Assembly: GCA_051892935.1 (NCBI GenBank)
Contig: JBJFGS010000025.1
Coordinates: forward strand, 80,813 to 144,812
Length of the DNA stretch: 64,000 bases
Origin: Candidatus Coprovivens sp.
GTDB lineage: Bacteria > Bacillota_I > Bacilli_A > RF39 > UBA660
Direction: 5' to 3'
The notes under the pieces are model-generated. The model saw only the letters and a list, made by a program, of their open reading frames with translations. It searched no databases and had not been told where the DNA came from. Positions 46,967 through 57,500 of the stretch are shown piece by piece. Positions within the stretch are counted from its first letter, which is position 1. Every line of letters starts with the position of its first letter. A program made the translations under genes and the position numbers.

Positions 46967-48800
46967 TTTAGCTAATTTTTTAACACTATTTTTATTCTTT
47001 AATCCTAAAAACAATTTTTTACCAACAAATTTAACAGCTACAATAATATATGCACATGATAATAATAAATCAACACAGTTTAAGACTTTAGCAACCGGTA
47101 AATCAGGATAATTACTTAAATCAATTTCAATAGTACCAGCAACATACTCAGAATCCACCTTATCAATAAAATCATCACCAAATACAGAATAATCATATAA
47201 AAAACTTACATCGCAATGTTTCATATCATTACTAGCTCCCGTATCAGTACATACATTAGTAACTTGTTTCATTACAGGAGTATATCCATCTTCTAAAGAA
47301 GATTCAACTTCCACAATTTCATCTAAAGTAACATCATCATAACTCAATTTTTCATTAGTAGAATATTGTGGACCACCAGACTTCCATACATACCAATTAG
47401 TATCATTTAAATCAATATGTTCTCCATTCTTATTCAAAGAATCATTAATCAAACTTAAAGTATGACCATTTCCATAAATTCCTATTTTAGAAAAACCATT
47501 TCCCAAACATTTTTGTTCGAATACTTCCATTAATCTATAATAATCATTACCACTAAAATACTCTTCAAAATCTAAAAATACAGAAATATTCTCCCTATTA
47601 AGTTCAATTCCATTATTTTCCATTTCCTTATTTAAAACAGAAAAATATTCATCTAATCTTTCTTCATAGACAGATACTTTCATATCTGAAGAAACACAAA
47701 AATATAAACCTAAACTTATATCATTATTCACAACATTAATTATCTGATTAGTACATTCTTCTATATATGAACCACTATTATCAATATAATTACGAGGATC
47801 TCTAGCTACTTCAACTATAACATAATCAGAAGTTTCCTTAACTCTATTCCAATCTATATTAACTTGATAATTACTTATGTCAATTCCTCTTGCAACAGCA
47901 TAGCTATAAGTAACATTATTACTTACTGTATCAACTGTCTTATACAAATTAGGAATTAATATTACATCCCCAACATTTAACTCACTTTTGTCATTATTAT
48001 AAAAAATCAAATCATTTTCACTAAGACCAAATTGTAAAGCTAAAGAATGATAAGTATCTCCAAGTTGAACTCTATAAGAAGAACTATATACTAATTTGTG
48101 AGATGAATTTAAACCCTTTTTTAATATTATATTTGATAAATCTTCCTTAGCTGTAATACTACCTTGTAAATCTTTATGAATAGTATAAGTACCATCAAAT
48201 TTAATTTGACTACTATCTTGAACTAAAAAACAATCATAATTACTTAAGTCATATATGAAACGATTACAATCCACTAAATTTGAATCTTTACCATACATTC
48301 CTAAATACATATCACTTCTCTCAGCTTTACTAACAAAAGCTTCTATAATTTCTTTCCTTTGAGCATTATTAAGATTTTTATTTTCCATAACACCATCAAT
48401 ATTACAATAAACAGGTAAATCAATCTTATAATCTTTAACAATTGCTTGTAAATAATCAACATCTTTATATATTTGAGCTAAATCGTAAGCTTTAGTATCT
48501 AATATTAAACCGACACTAATATCTAATTCATCACACTTTTCTAGTTTAGCTTTTACAGCACTAATATTCATTAAAATCACTTGTACTAACATGTAACACA
48601 ACAAAATTATTAGTATGAACTACAGTATTATATTTTATCCCAATATTTTCATATCCAACAGTATTCTCATTCGATTTATCACTAGATTCTTATACTATAT
48701 TAGTTTTTATTAAAGCCCCAGTTTTTAAAAAAGCTGCTGGTGTCCCTAACAAAAATAGTATTTTTTCCAAAATGCTAAAAAACTTTTTACTCTTTTTCAT
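46964..48800 (-). pseudogene. LysM / GH25-like cell-wall hydrolase, 5' end disrupted
   Basis: Main ORF 46964-48604 has LysM (YRVQLGDTYHSLALQFGL...GDVILIP) and a GH25-like RGIDISNYQVNIDWNRV. The RBS-bearing ATG at 48800 encodes a signal anchor (MKKSKKFFSILEKILFLLGTPAAFL), hits TAA at 48690-48692, and lies in a different frame from the main ORF. Confidence 0.6.
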
Positions 48801-48863
48801 AAATACTCCCCTTTTTATATCTTTTATAATAAAAAATGAAAAAATTATGCAACAAAAAATGCC

Positions 48864-48900
48864 ATATAAAAAACGACACTTTACATTTTTTTGTCGTTTT
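48864..48900 (-). terminator. Hairpin terminator after queA
   Basis: aaaacgaca...tgtcgtttt stem around the queA stop, followed by a T run on the minus strand. Confidence 0.5.
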
Positions 48901-49936
48901 TTAAATCATTAGTAATAAACATTGCATCTCCAAAACTAAAAAATCTATATTTTTCTAAAACAGCAATTCTATAAGCGTTTAATATATTTTCTCTACTAGA
49001 TAATGCAGAAACTAACATAACCAAAGTACTTTTAGGTAAATGAAAATTAGTTATTAAACAATCGATAGCTTTAAATTCATAACCAGGATATATAAATATA
49101 TCAGTATTACCAGAACAAGCTTTAAAAACACCATTATTATTAGTAGCAATTGTTTCTAAAGTTCTAGTACTTGTAGTACCAACAGCAATTATACGCCTTC
49201 CATCTTTTTTTGCATCATTTAAAATACTAGCAGTTGTATCATTCATAACATAATACTCACTATGCATATGATGATCTAATATATTAGAAACTTCAACAGG
49301 CCTAAAAGTCCCCAATCCAACATGCAAAGTTACATATGTAATAATAACACCTTTATCTTCTATTTTCTTTAATAATTGAGGAGTAAAATGTAGACCAGCA
49401 GTTGGAGCAGCAGCACTACCAATATTTTTTGCATATACAGTTTGATATCTACTATTCTCTTCAAGTTTTTCATGTATATAAGGTGGCAAAGGCATACTTC
49501 CAAGTCTATCCAATATTTCCATTAAAATCCCCTCATATAATAACTGAACATGAACCAAACCTTCTGTAAACTTTTCTACTACTTTAGCTTTTAATTCCCC
49601 ATTACCAAAAGAAATAATAGTCCCTATCTTCAATCTTTTAGCAGGCTTAGATAAACATTCCCATTTATTAGAACCCAAATCCTTAAGTAACAAAAGTTCT
49701 ATAACAGCACCAGTTTCTTCCTTAATGCCAATCAATCTTGCAGGAATAACCTTAGTATCATTAAGAACTAAAACATCACCTTTATGTAAATAATCAATAA
49801 TGTTAGTAAAATGCTCGTGTTTTAATTCTCCAGTAACTTTGTCCATAACCAATAATCTTGAAGAATCTCTCACTTTTAAAGGAGTTTGTGCAATTAATTC
49901 ATTAGGCAATTCATAATCAAAATCATTTACATTCAT
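48881..49936 (-). CDS. queA: S-adenosylmethionine:tRNA ribosyltransferase-isomerase
   Basis: [19 protein letters not shown] start after ggggtg; GTTSTRTLE; 351 aa. Confidence 0.9.
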   Translation of the reverse strand: MNVNDFDYELPNELIAQTPLKVRDSSRLLVMDKVTGELKHEHFTNIIDYLHKGDVLVLNDTKVIPARLIGIKEETGAVIELLLLKDLGSNKWECLSKPAKRLKIGTIISFGNGELKAKVVEKFTEGLVHVQLLYEGILMEILDRLGSMPLPPYIHEKLEENSRYQTVYAKNIGSAAAPTAGLHFTPQLLKKIEDKGVIITYVTLHVGLGTFRPVEVSNILDHHMHSEYYVMNDTTASILNDAKKDGRRIIAVGTTSTRTLETIATNNNGVFKACSGNTDIFIYPGYEFKAIDCLITNFHLPKSTLVMLVSALSSRENILNAYRIAVLEKYRFFSFGDAMFITNDLKNDKKM

Positions 49937-50016
49937 CTTAATACACCCCAATCAATACCATTAAATTATAAATACTTTTTTAAAAAAAGTCTACACAAAA
50001 AAAGAATGACTAAAAA

Positions 50017-50928
50017 TCATTCTATTGATAGTTTAAATTTATTAAGTAAAGGTGTTAAAAAACTAATAACAAGTATTCCAAAATAAACACCAATATTAAA
50101 TCTAACTAAATTAATCATTACTGCAGCAACGATTCCTACTAAAATAGCATAAATAATCCTACCACTTCTAACAACCGGAGTTGCAGTCGATAAAGAAGCA
50201 ACAAAAACTGCAATAAACACAAATCCGCTATTAAAAGTATTAACTAGTAATTCATTAAATGTTACAACCTTACCAAAATATAAAAGTACACTCACTAAAG
50301 CATAGCTTACTAAACAAATAATAGGAATATCCTTCTTATAATAAGAATTAAATAATAATATGATATAACCAACTATGGCAAGCAAAGTTGATGTAACCCC
50401 TATCTCACCAACACCCATACCTAAGAATAATTTAGCTGGGTCACTTTCAACAACTTTCAAAGTAACTTCATGATAATTCATATTACTATATAAACTCATT
50501 AAACTTAAAACTAAAAACAATATACATTTATATAAAGCAACCCTATTAACACATACTTTTTGATCAAGAAACTTCATAACAACATCTAAAACTACTATTA
50601 AAGGAATAGTAATATATAGTTTATTAGCAGGTCCTGTAACCAAATAACACAATGTATTAATATAAGGAATAATTGAATTAATAATATTATTATTATCTTC
50701 ATCTTTTTTTATACATAAATAATAATATGTCTCAAATACATAACTAAGTATTACAATTATAATAGGAATAATTAAATATTGTAGTGATAAAAACAAACTT
50801 AACTCCCCAGACTTATAAACCATTAGCCCATTTTTATAAAAAGAAAATATTATAATAGGAAGTATACTAACTAAGTATAACATATTAATACCAAATATCT
50901 TATTTTTCTTTACAAACCCTTTTTTCAT
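50017..50928 (-). CDS. RnfD/NqrB-family membrane protein (divergent)
   Basis: Polytopic, 303 aa. GMGVGEIGVTSTLLAIVGYIILLF resembles the conserved RnfD G-x-x-GE-T-S-x-L-A-x-L-x-G segment. Confidence 0.6.
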   Translation of the reverse strand: MKKGFVKKNKIFGINMLYLVSILPIIIFSFYKNGLMVYKSGELSLFLSLQYLIIPIIIVILSYVFETYYYLCIKKDEDNNNIINSIIPYINTLCYLVTGPANKLYITIPLIVVLDVVMKFLDQKVCVNRVALYKCILFLVLSLMSLYSNMNYHEVTLKVVESDPAKLFLGMGVGEIGVTSTLLAIVGYIILLFNSYYKKDIPIICLVSYALVSVLLYFGKVVTFNELLVNTFNSGFVFIAVFVASLSTATPVVRSGRIIYAILVGIVAAVMINLVRFNIGVYFGILVISFLTPLLNKFKLSIE

Positions 50929-52070
50929 ACTTCTTCTTTCTCCCTACTAATTAAATTTCTATTTGCCGGACAAACAAAATTACATAATCCACACCTAATA
51001 CAAGTAGAATCTAATTTCTTATTTAGAGGATTAAGTCCCATAGGACAAACATCAACACACTTACCACATTTAATACACTTAGATGGAACAGAATCATCTT
51101 TTTCAAATATAAATACTGTTTTAACATTATCAGTAACAGTAAGAGCCTCTATATTAGAACACTTAACTTTTCTCATAAAATTATTTAAATAAATATCTTT
51201 ATTATCAATAATCGGATTGATTGTATCTAATATAACTTCTTTTAAATTAGCACCATACTTTGTATTAATAACATAAGCTTTTGTAGGATCATCTAACATA
51301 ACAGTAATATATCTTTGACTAACAGGTAACCTATCCTTTAAAGCGACAAATATTTTATATAAAGACAAAGTATCCAAAAATAATATTTCTTCTAATTTAT
51401 ATTCATTAAAATACTTTTTAGCAATAACACCATTAGTATTATAAGGAAAAACTTCATTAATTACTATAAAATTAATATTAGGGTAACTACTAATCAAAGT
51501 TTTAACAGCATAAACATTATTATCATCATATTTATTTAATAAAAGATAAGCATCTAAGTTAAATCTTCTAGATAATAAATTAATTGTTTCTAATAAGTTT
51601 TTAACATTATCTTGAAATAAGTAATTATTATTAAATTGATAAGGCTCAATATCCATTCCATTAACAACTAAAACCTTACTATTAGCTTTTAACTTATTTA
51701 CTATTAATCTATTTTCAAAAGAAATTCCTAATTCCTGACATACACTAATTATTTCATCTTTCTTAATATCTTCAATTATCGATACTGAAGCTTCGCTATT
51801 TAATGTTGAATCATTTTTATCATTAGTAATAACTAATGAATCTTGTTTTCTTTCAATAGTACCAGAAACAGTTGCATAAGTTTTAATACCAGTAGGAGAT
51901 TCAACTAACAATTGATTAATATAAACATAATCATTAGTATCAACATATATAGAATCTCCTTCTCTAAAAAAGACTTCAACAGTATTTGGAATAAAATATT
52001 CTTTCTTTTCAATATCTATTTTCTTTTCATCATTATTAAACTTATAAGTCAGTTTCAAATAAAACACCAC
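50925..52070 (-). CDS. RnfC-like protein with two 4Fe-4S ferredoxin motifs (divergent)
   Basis: VVNGMDIEPYQF resembles RnfC NGAECEPY. C-terminus reads CIKCGKCVDVCP ... CIRCGLCNFVCP. GTG start directly after the uvrC stop. Confidence 0.6.
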   Translation of the reverse strand: MVFYLKLTYKFNNDEKKIDIEKKEYFIPNTVEVFFREGDSIYVDTNDYVYINQLLVESPTGIKTYATVSGTIERKQDSLVITNDKNDSTLNSEASVSIIEDIKKDEIISVCQELGISFENRLIVNKLKANSKVLVVNGMDIEPYQFNNNYLFQDNVKNLLETINLLSRRFNLDAYLLLNKYDDNNVYAVKTLISSYPNINFIVINEVFPYNTNGVIAKKYFNEYKLEEILFLDTLSLYKIFVALKDRLPVSQRYITVMLDDPTKAYVINTKYGANLKEVILDTINPIIDNKDIYLNNFMRKVKCSNIEALTVTDNVKTVFIFEKDDSVPSKCIKCGKCVDVCPMGLNPLNKKLDSTCIRCGLCNFVCPANRNLISREKEEV

Positions 52071-52074
52071 ATTT

Positions 52075-53850
52075 CTATTCTTTATTATATTTACTATCCA
52101 AGTATTCTTTTAATTCGATAGCTACATTAGTTGGTAATATTTCCTCTACTTCTTGAAGTGTTGCTTCTCTCATTTTCGCTATACTACCAAATTTTTTTAT
52201 TAATTGTTTCTTTCTAACAGGCCCAATCCCTTCAATATCATCTAAAACACTACTTATACTGCCTTTACTTCTAAGTGTTCTATGATAATTTATAGTGAAT
52301 CTATGTACTTCATCTTGCATTCTTGTCAAATAATGAAATACGTTACTCATTCTATCTATATTAATAACACTTAAATCAGAAGAAATCAAGTCATTAGTTC
52401 TATGTTTATCATTCTTTTTTAAACCAACAACCATTATATTAAGATGTAAAAGTTCTAATATTTCTTTTGCAGCTCTAATTTGATTCTCTCCTCCATCTAC
52501 AATAATCAACTCTGGAAGACTTGTTTTATCAACTAAAGCTCTCTGATACCTTCTATATAATATTTCCTTCATCGTATTATAATCATCATTTACATCAACT
52601 GAAACTTTATATTTACGATATTCATTTTTAGCAGGCTTACCATCAATAAATACTACCATACCAGAAACAGCAAAACTACCAAAAAGATTTGAATTATCAA
52701 AAACATCAATTCTATAAATAGAATCCAAACCTAATATCTTAGCTAATTCATCATTAGCTTTACTAGTCATAACTTCATCTTTTTTTATTTCTTCAAATCT
52801 ATTATTCAAATTAAGCTTAGCATTATCAAAAGCCATCTCTAATAAATCTTTTTTAACACCTTTCTGCGGAATAATAAAGTTAGTATTAACTACAGATTTT
52901 AAATTTTCTATATTTAATGAATCAGGAATTAAAATTTCTTTTGGGATCTCATTTCTACTATAAAATTTAGCAATATAATACTCAATATCATCATTAATAT
53001 CTAAATTAATTGGAAATATTTCATTCTTATGATTTAATAACTTACCATTTCTAATAAATAATATTTCAATAGATAAATAACCATTATCAACAAAATAAGA
53101 AATAACATCTCTATTAACAAAATCATGCAATTCGACTTTTTGTTTATCTAAAACAATATCAATATACTCTAATTCTTTCTTTAAATCCAAAGCCATTTCA
53201 AAGTTTAAATTTTCACTATACTTAGTAATTTTATCCATAATCTTATTTCTAAGTATTTCATCATTACCTCTTAAAAAAGATAGTATTTCATTTTCCATAT
53301 CAACTATTTTATCTTTATCTATTTTATTACTACAATAACCTAAACATTCACCAATATGATAATATAAACATACTTCTTTAGGATTACCTTCGCACTTTTT
53401 TAGAGGATATAATCTATTAAGCAAGTTTACTATTCTTCTAGCAGCATAAGCATTAGGATATGGACCAAATAGTTTTTTTCCATCTTTCTTCCTAATATTT
53501 AGATATCTTGATACTTTAAGTTTAGGATATGGATCACTAATATACTCAATATAAGGATAACTCTTATCATCAGTAAGCATAATATTATACTTAGGATTAA
53601 ATTCCTTAATTAAATTAATTTCTATTATAAATGCTTCAAGTTCAGAAGAAGCTACAATATATTGAAAGTCCTCAATTAAACTAACCATTTTCGCCGTTTT
53701 ACCAGTATGAACCCTATTAAAATAAGAAGAAAGTCTTTTATTCAAATCTTTAGCTTTTCCAACATAAATAATATTCCCATTCTTATCTTTCATTTGATAA
53801 GAACCAGGTTTATGAGGTACTAAAGCTAATTTATCTTTAAATTTCATCAT
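52075..53850 (-). CDS. uvrC: Excinuclease ABC subunit C
   Basis: GIY-YIG PGSYQMKDKNGNIIYVGKAKDLNKRLSSYF; UvrBC-interacting region; C-terminal HhH IEGIGPVRKKQLIKKFGS. Confidence 0.95.
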   Translation of the reverse strand: MMKFKDKLALVPHKPGSYQMKDKNGNIIYVGKAKDLNKRLSSYFNRVHTGKTAKMVSLIEDFQYIVASSELEAFIIEINLIKEFNPKYNIMLTDDKSYPYIEYISDPYPKLKVSRYLNIRKKDGKKLFGPYPNAYAARRIVNLLNRLYPLKKCEGNPKEVCLYYHIGECLGYCSNKIDKDKIVDMENEILSFLRGNDEILRNKIMDKITKYSENLNFEMALDLKKELEYIDIVLDKQKVELHDFVNRDVISYFVDNGYLSIEILFIRNGKLLNHKNEIFPINLDINDDIEYYIAKFYSRNEIPKEILIPDSLNIENLKSVVNTNFIIPQKGVKKDLLEMAFDNAKLNLNNRFEEIKKDEVMTSKANDELAKILGLDSIYRIDVFDNSNLFGSFAVSGMVVFIDGKPAKNEYRKYKVSVDVNDDYNTMKEILYRRYQRALVDKTSLPELIIVDGGENQIRAAKEILELLHLNIMVVGLKKNDKHRTNDLISSDLSVINIDRMSNVFHYLTRMQDEVHRFTINYHRTLRSKGSISSVLDDIEGIGPVRKKQLIKKFGSIAKMREATLQEVEEILPTNVAIELKEYLDSKYNKE

Positions 53851-54310
53851 CTACCTCCTTATTTAACAAATAATTATAAAGAGCTAAACACCCTTCATTA
53901 ATTTCATTATAAGCAGTATCAAAATCTCCACTATACCACGGATCATCTATATCTTTATTACTACCAGTAAATTCCAATAATAAATGAATTTTATTATCAA
54001 CATCAGGTCCAACTATTTGTATAACATCTCTTTTATTTCTCTGTTCCATTACAATAATATAATTATATAAATTATAATCTTCTCTTTTTATTTGAGTAGC
54101 CTTATGACTTTCACAAGTAACTCCCTCACTAACAAGTTTTTGTCTTGCTTGAGGATACATTTCATGACCAAGTTCTTCTATACTAGTAGCTCTTGATGCA
54201 CAAGTAAACATATAACGTTTACTATTCTTATATATAAGATCTTTAAAAATCATTTCAGCCATAGGACTTCTACAAATATTTCCATAGCATACAAACAGAA
54301 TGTTATACAT
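53837..54310 (-). CDS. Low-molecular-weight protein-tyrosine phosphatase
   Basis: ILFVCYGNICRSPMAE (C-X5-R-S P-loop) and the DPWY Asp loop; 157 aa. Confidence 0.9.
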   Translation of the reverse strand: MYNILFVCYGNICRSPMAEMIFKDLIYKNSKRYMFTCASRATSIEELGHEMYPQARQKLVSEGVTCESHKATQIKREDYNLYNYIIVMEQRNKRDVIQIVGPDVDNKIHLLLEFTGSNKDIDDPWYSGDFDTAYNEINEGCLALYNYLLNKEVDDEI

Positions 54311-54361
54311 ACTATCACCTTACAATATTATAACATAAAGAATAATTATTATTTCATATAT

Positions 54362-54577
54362 CTATCTTTTTTTGGCTTTTTTCTTTTCATCAGAAGTGGT
54401 ATAAGAAGTTACGTTACTATGAACCATTTCTGCAAAAAGAGAGTTTGATATTACTTCATTCATATCTTCACCATCCAAAAGCGAATCAACAAATTGTAAT
54501 TCATCATTTTCATCATACCTTTTAACAATTTTCAATCCTTCTTTTAAAGAAATCAACTTTTCTTTTTCATTACTCAT
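54362..54577 (-). CDS. Small protein (71 aa) coupled to the giant ORF
   Basis: Its ATG overlaps the giant ORF's TGA (ATGA). Acidic body with a KKKAKKR tail. Confidence 0.6.
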   Translation of the reverse strand: MSNEKEKLISLKEGLKIVKRYDENDELQFVDSLLDGEDMNEVISNSLFAEMVHSNVTSYTTSDEKKKAKKR

Positions 54578-57500
54578 AATGTAACTCCTCCACTCTTTTT
54601 AAGATTCTCTAATTCTAAAACATACTCTTCCATCTTAATAATAGCATCATTTCTTCTTTTCAAAATCAACTCTAATACTTGATCAGCTTTATCTTTACCT
54701 AAAGAAACGGCATATTTTCTAAATAAATCCTTATAATCATCATCACTTAAAAGTTTAACTTTATTTATTGTATCAGTAATAACAGATAAATCAAGATCTA
54801 TTTCTCCGTTCCTATACCTAGTAAATAATATTTGATAAATAGGAATACGATGATTACCATTAGGAGTAAAAGAATAATCTGCATTCAATGTTCTATCATC
54901 ACTTATAAACCTAAACGATTGTTCTTTGTCAATTCCTCTCAAATTATTTGAACTATCTATAATAAAATTTCCAACATAACAATCAAAATTACATAGTAAA
55001 AAGTCAATAACATATTCTCTTAGCAAAGCAGAAGAATAACAATAATCTAACTCTCCACCTTTATTAACCCAATCCTTAAGTACATCAGAATTATCCTCAC
55101 TTATCTCCACTAATTCTTGTTTAGAAAATCTCAATTTACCCCCAATACTCTCAACTCTTACTGAAGTACCAGGAGATAAAAATTCTTGTAATTTAGAAGC
55201 CGCTTCTTGAATATCAGCTCTAAAAGGTTGTAAAGCATAGTTATTTTTATCTACTGCTGGTTTTAGTAAGAAACTATCATCATCAATATCATATCTATAC
55301 ATAATTCCAGACTCTCCCAAATTAGCAGTTTCAAGAGCTACAATTTCTTCTTTAGACATTCCTCTTAAAACAGTTAAAGTTTTTCTAAAAAGACCAATAC
55401 GAGTCAATTCTTTTTTACAGTCAGGTAAATCAACTATTATTTGACAAACAATGCTTTCCATCTCGTATAAAGATTTACACAAATAATCAAAAGATATTTC
55501 ACTATTACGATACTTATCATTCAAAATAGTTAAACAATAATCTACTTTTTCTTTTATACTAACATTTGGATTATTCTCTTGTATCCCATCAAAGAATATA
55601 GAATACATCAACGAATAATTAGGACTAATTTTAAAATCAGCTTTAGCTTTCTTTAAATCTTCCACTTTCTTAGTATCATAAGCATAAACATCAAATTTAA
55701 TAATTGGAACATCAACTCCAAGAAAATCACTAAAATACTTAGCAGCCCTAATTGTAGCCTCATTTGGTACATCACCAACACAAGCCAAAGCACAAGGAAG
55801 CATACCTTCTCTAAAACCAGCTACTTCATTATAAGAACAATGCTTATAACAACTACACTGATTAAGAGCATTCAAATTTGTAAAAGCATTAATATTAGCA
55901 GTTGGTTCAATCTTATAACCACCATGCTCAACAAATAAATCTCTACCATTCATAAAAAGCATAAAACTCTTAGGTAAACTATTAAACAAATAAACAACAC
56001 CATTATTATCTCTATTATTTATAAACCAAAATCCTTTATCGGAAATACTAGATGTAGATAATGTCGAAGCTCCTTCTAACTTAGTCCATAAAGAAGGATC
56101 ATTAATTAACATCTCCTTAAAACCAGACATATTAGTATCATAAGAATAAATCCTATGGACTAAAAAATTAAACTTTTCAGAATTCATTTCAATAATAGTA
56201 ACACCATAAGGATTATTAGGATCACCCTTATCAATACGTTTACTTTTCAAATCCTCAATATTAGTAAGTCTTCCATTAAATTGATAATTATGTAACAATC
56301 TAATCTTAGCAATAATATTTCTCACTTCATCACAATAATCTAAAACTCCTGCATTGTCATTTATAAGTTTAGTCATTAAATCTTTTAATTCATTGATATT
56401 TTGAGATTCTATAATTCTACTCATTAATGTAATAATAGCTACATCTTTCTTATTGTAAAAACATTCTTTAAATATTTGATTAGCTCTTTCCAAACCATAA
56501 CATTCTATAATATCTTCTCGTAAAGTTTTTAGATTTAAATAATTATTTAATTGGAAATTATTAAAATCTTTTGCTAAAGAAGCGATATCAGCATATCCAA
56601 ATAAAGTAGCTAAAACATTCTTAATTTCAGCAATATTATTCGAATTTAATTTAATCATCCAAAAATCTTGTGTTTTCTTTTCATATTGTTTAAGTTCATC
56701 ATATGTTTTAATATCATACAAATTATTGCCTATAATAACTTTTCTAAGATTAGAAATATCAATTTCACTTAATTCATAATTTGAATTACAAATATCAATT
56801 ATTAACTCTTTATACTTATCAAAATTCCTAAAAGCATAATGAACTCTTTTATCATCATTATCAAACAAATTATAACGACAAACAATATCATAATAACTAC
56901 TAAGTAAATTAGCATTATTAGCTTTTATTTCTTTAGATATCACTGAAACAGCAGGTGTATTATATTTAATAACATCAAGTACAAATTCAAGACCAAATAA
57001 CGGATAAATATATTTAACAACATCATAATTAAAAACAGGATTCTTTTCTAAAGTATTTAATTTACCATTAGATTTTAAAATAAATAAAGCATTCTTAAAA
57101 ACAATTTGTAAATCACTATCAAATATTTCAAGATCAATAAATGGTAAAACTGTTACAATCTTTCTGAAAGTAAAACCATTTTCATTAGTCAAATCACTAT
57201 CGTAAGAATTAATAGCATTTGCAAAAACACTTCTAATAACATTATCATTTTTATCTATTAATCTAAAATCCTTCAAATTACTAAGTAAAAAATCAGCAAC
57301 GAAAAAACAATTATTCTTATTATTAATATCAAAATTTGAAAAATGAATAATCTTCAAAACTTTAGAAACCGATAATAAATGTCTATCAATAGTCGAAAAA
57401 TCATCTATATAAGCAAAAGTACGTTCATTCAAAAATTCCAGAGGAAGTTGAAATAAAATTGAAGGAGCAGTTTTTAAAGCAGCCACAACCATTTCCTCAT

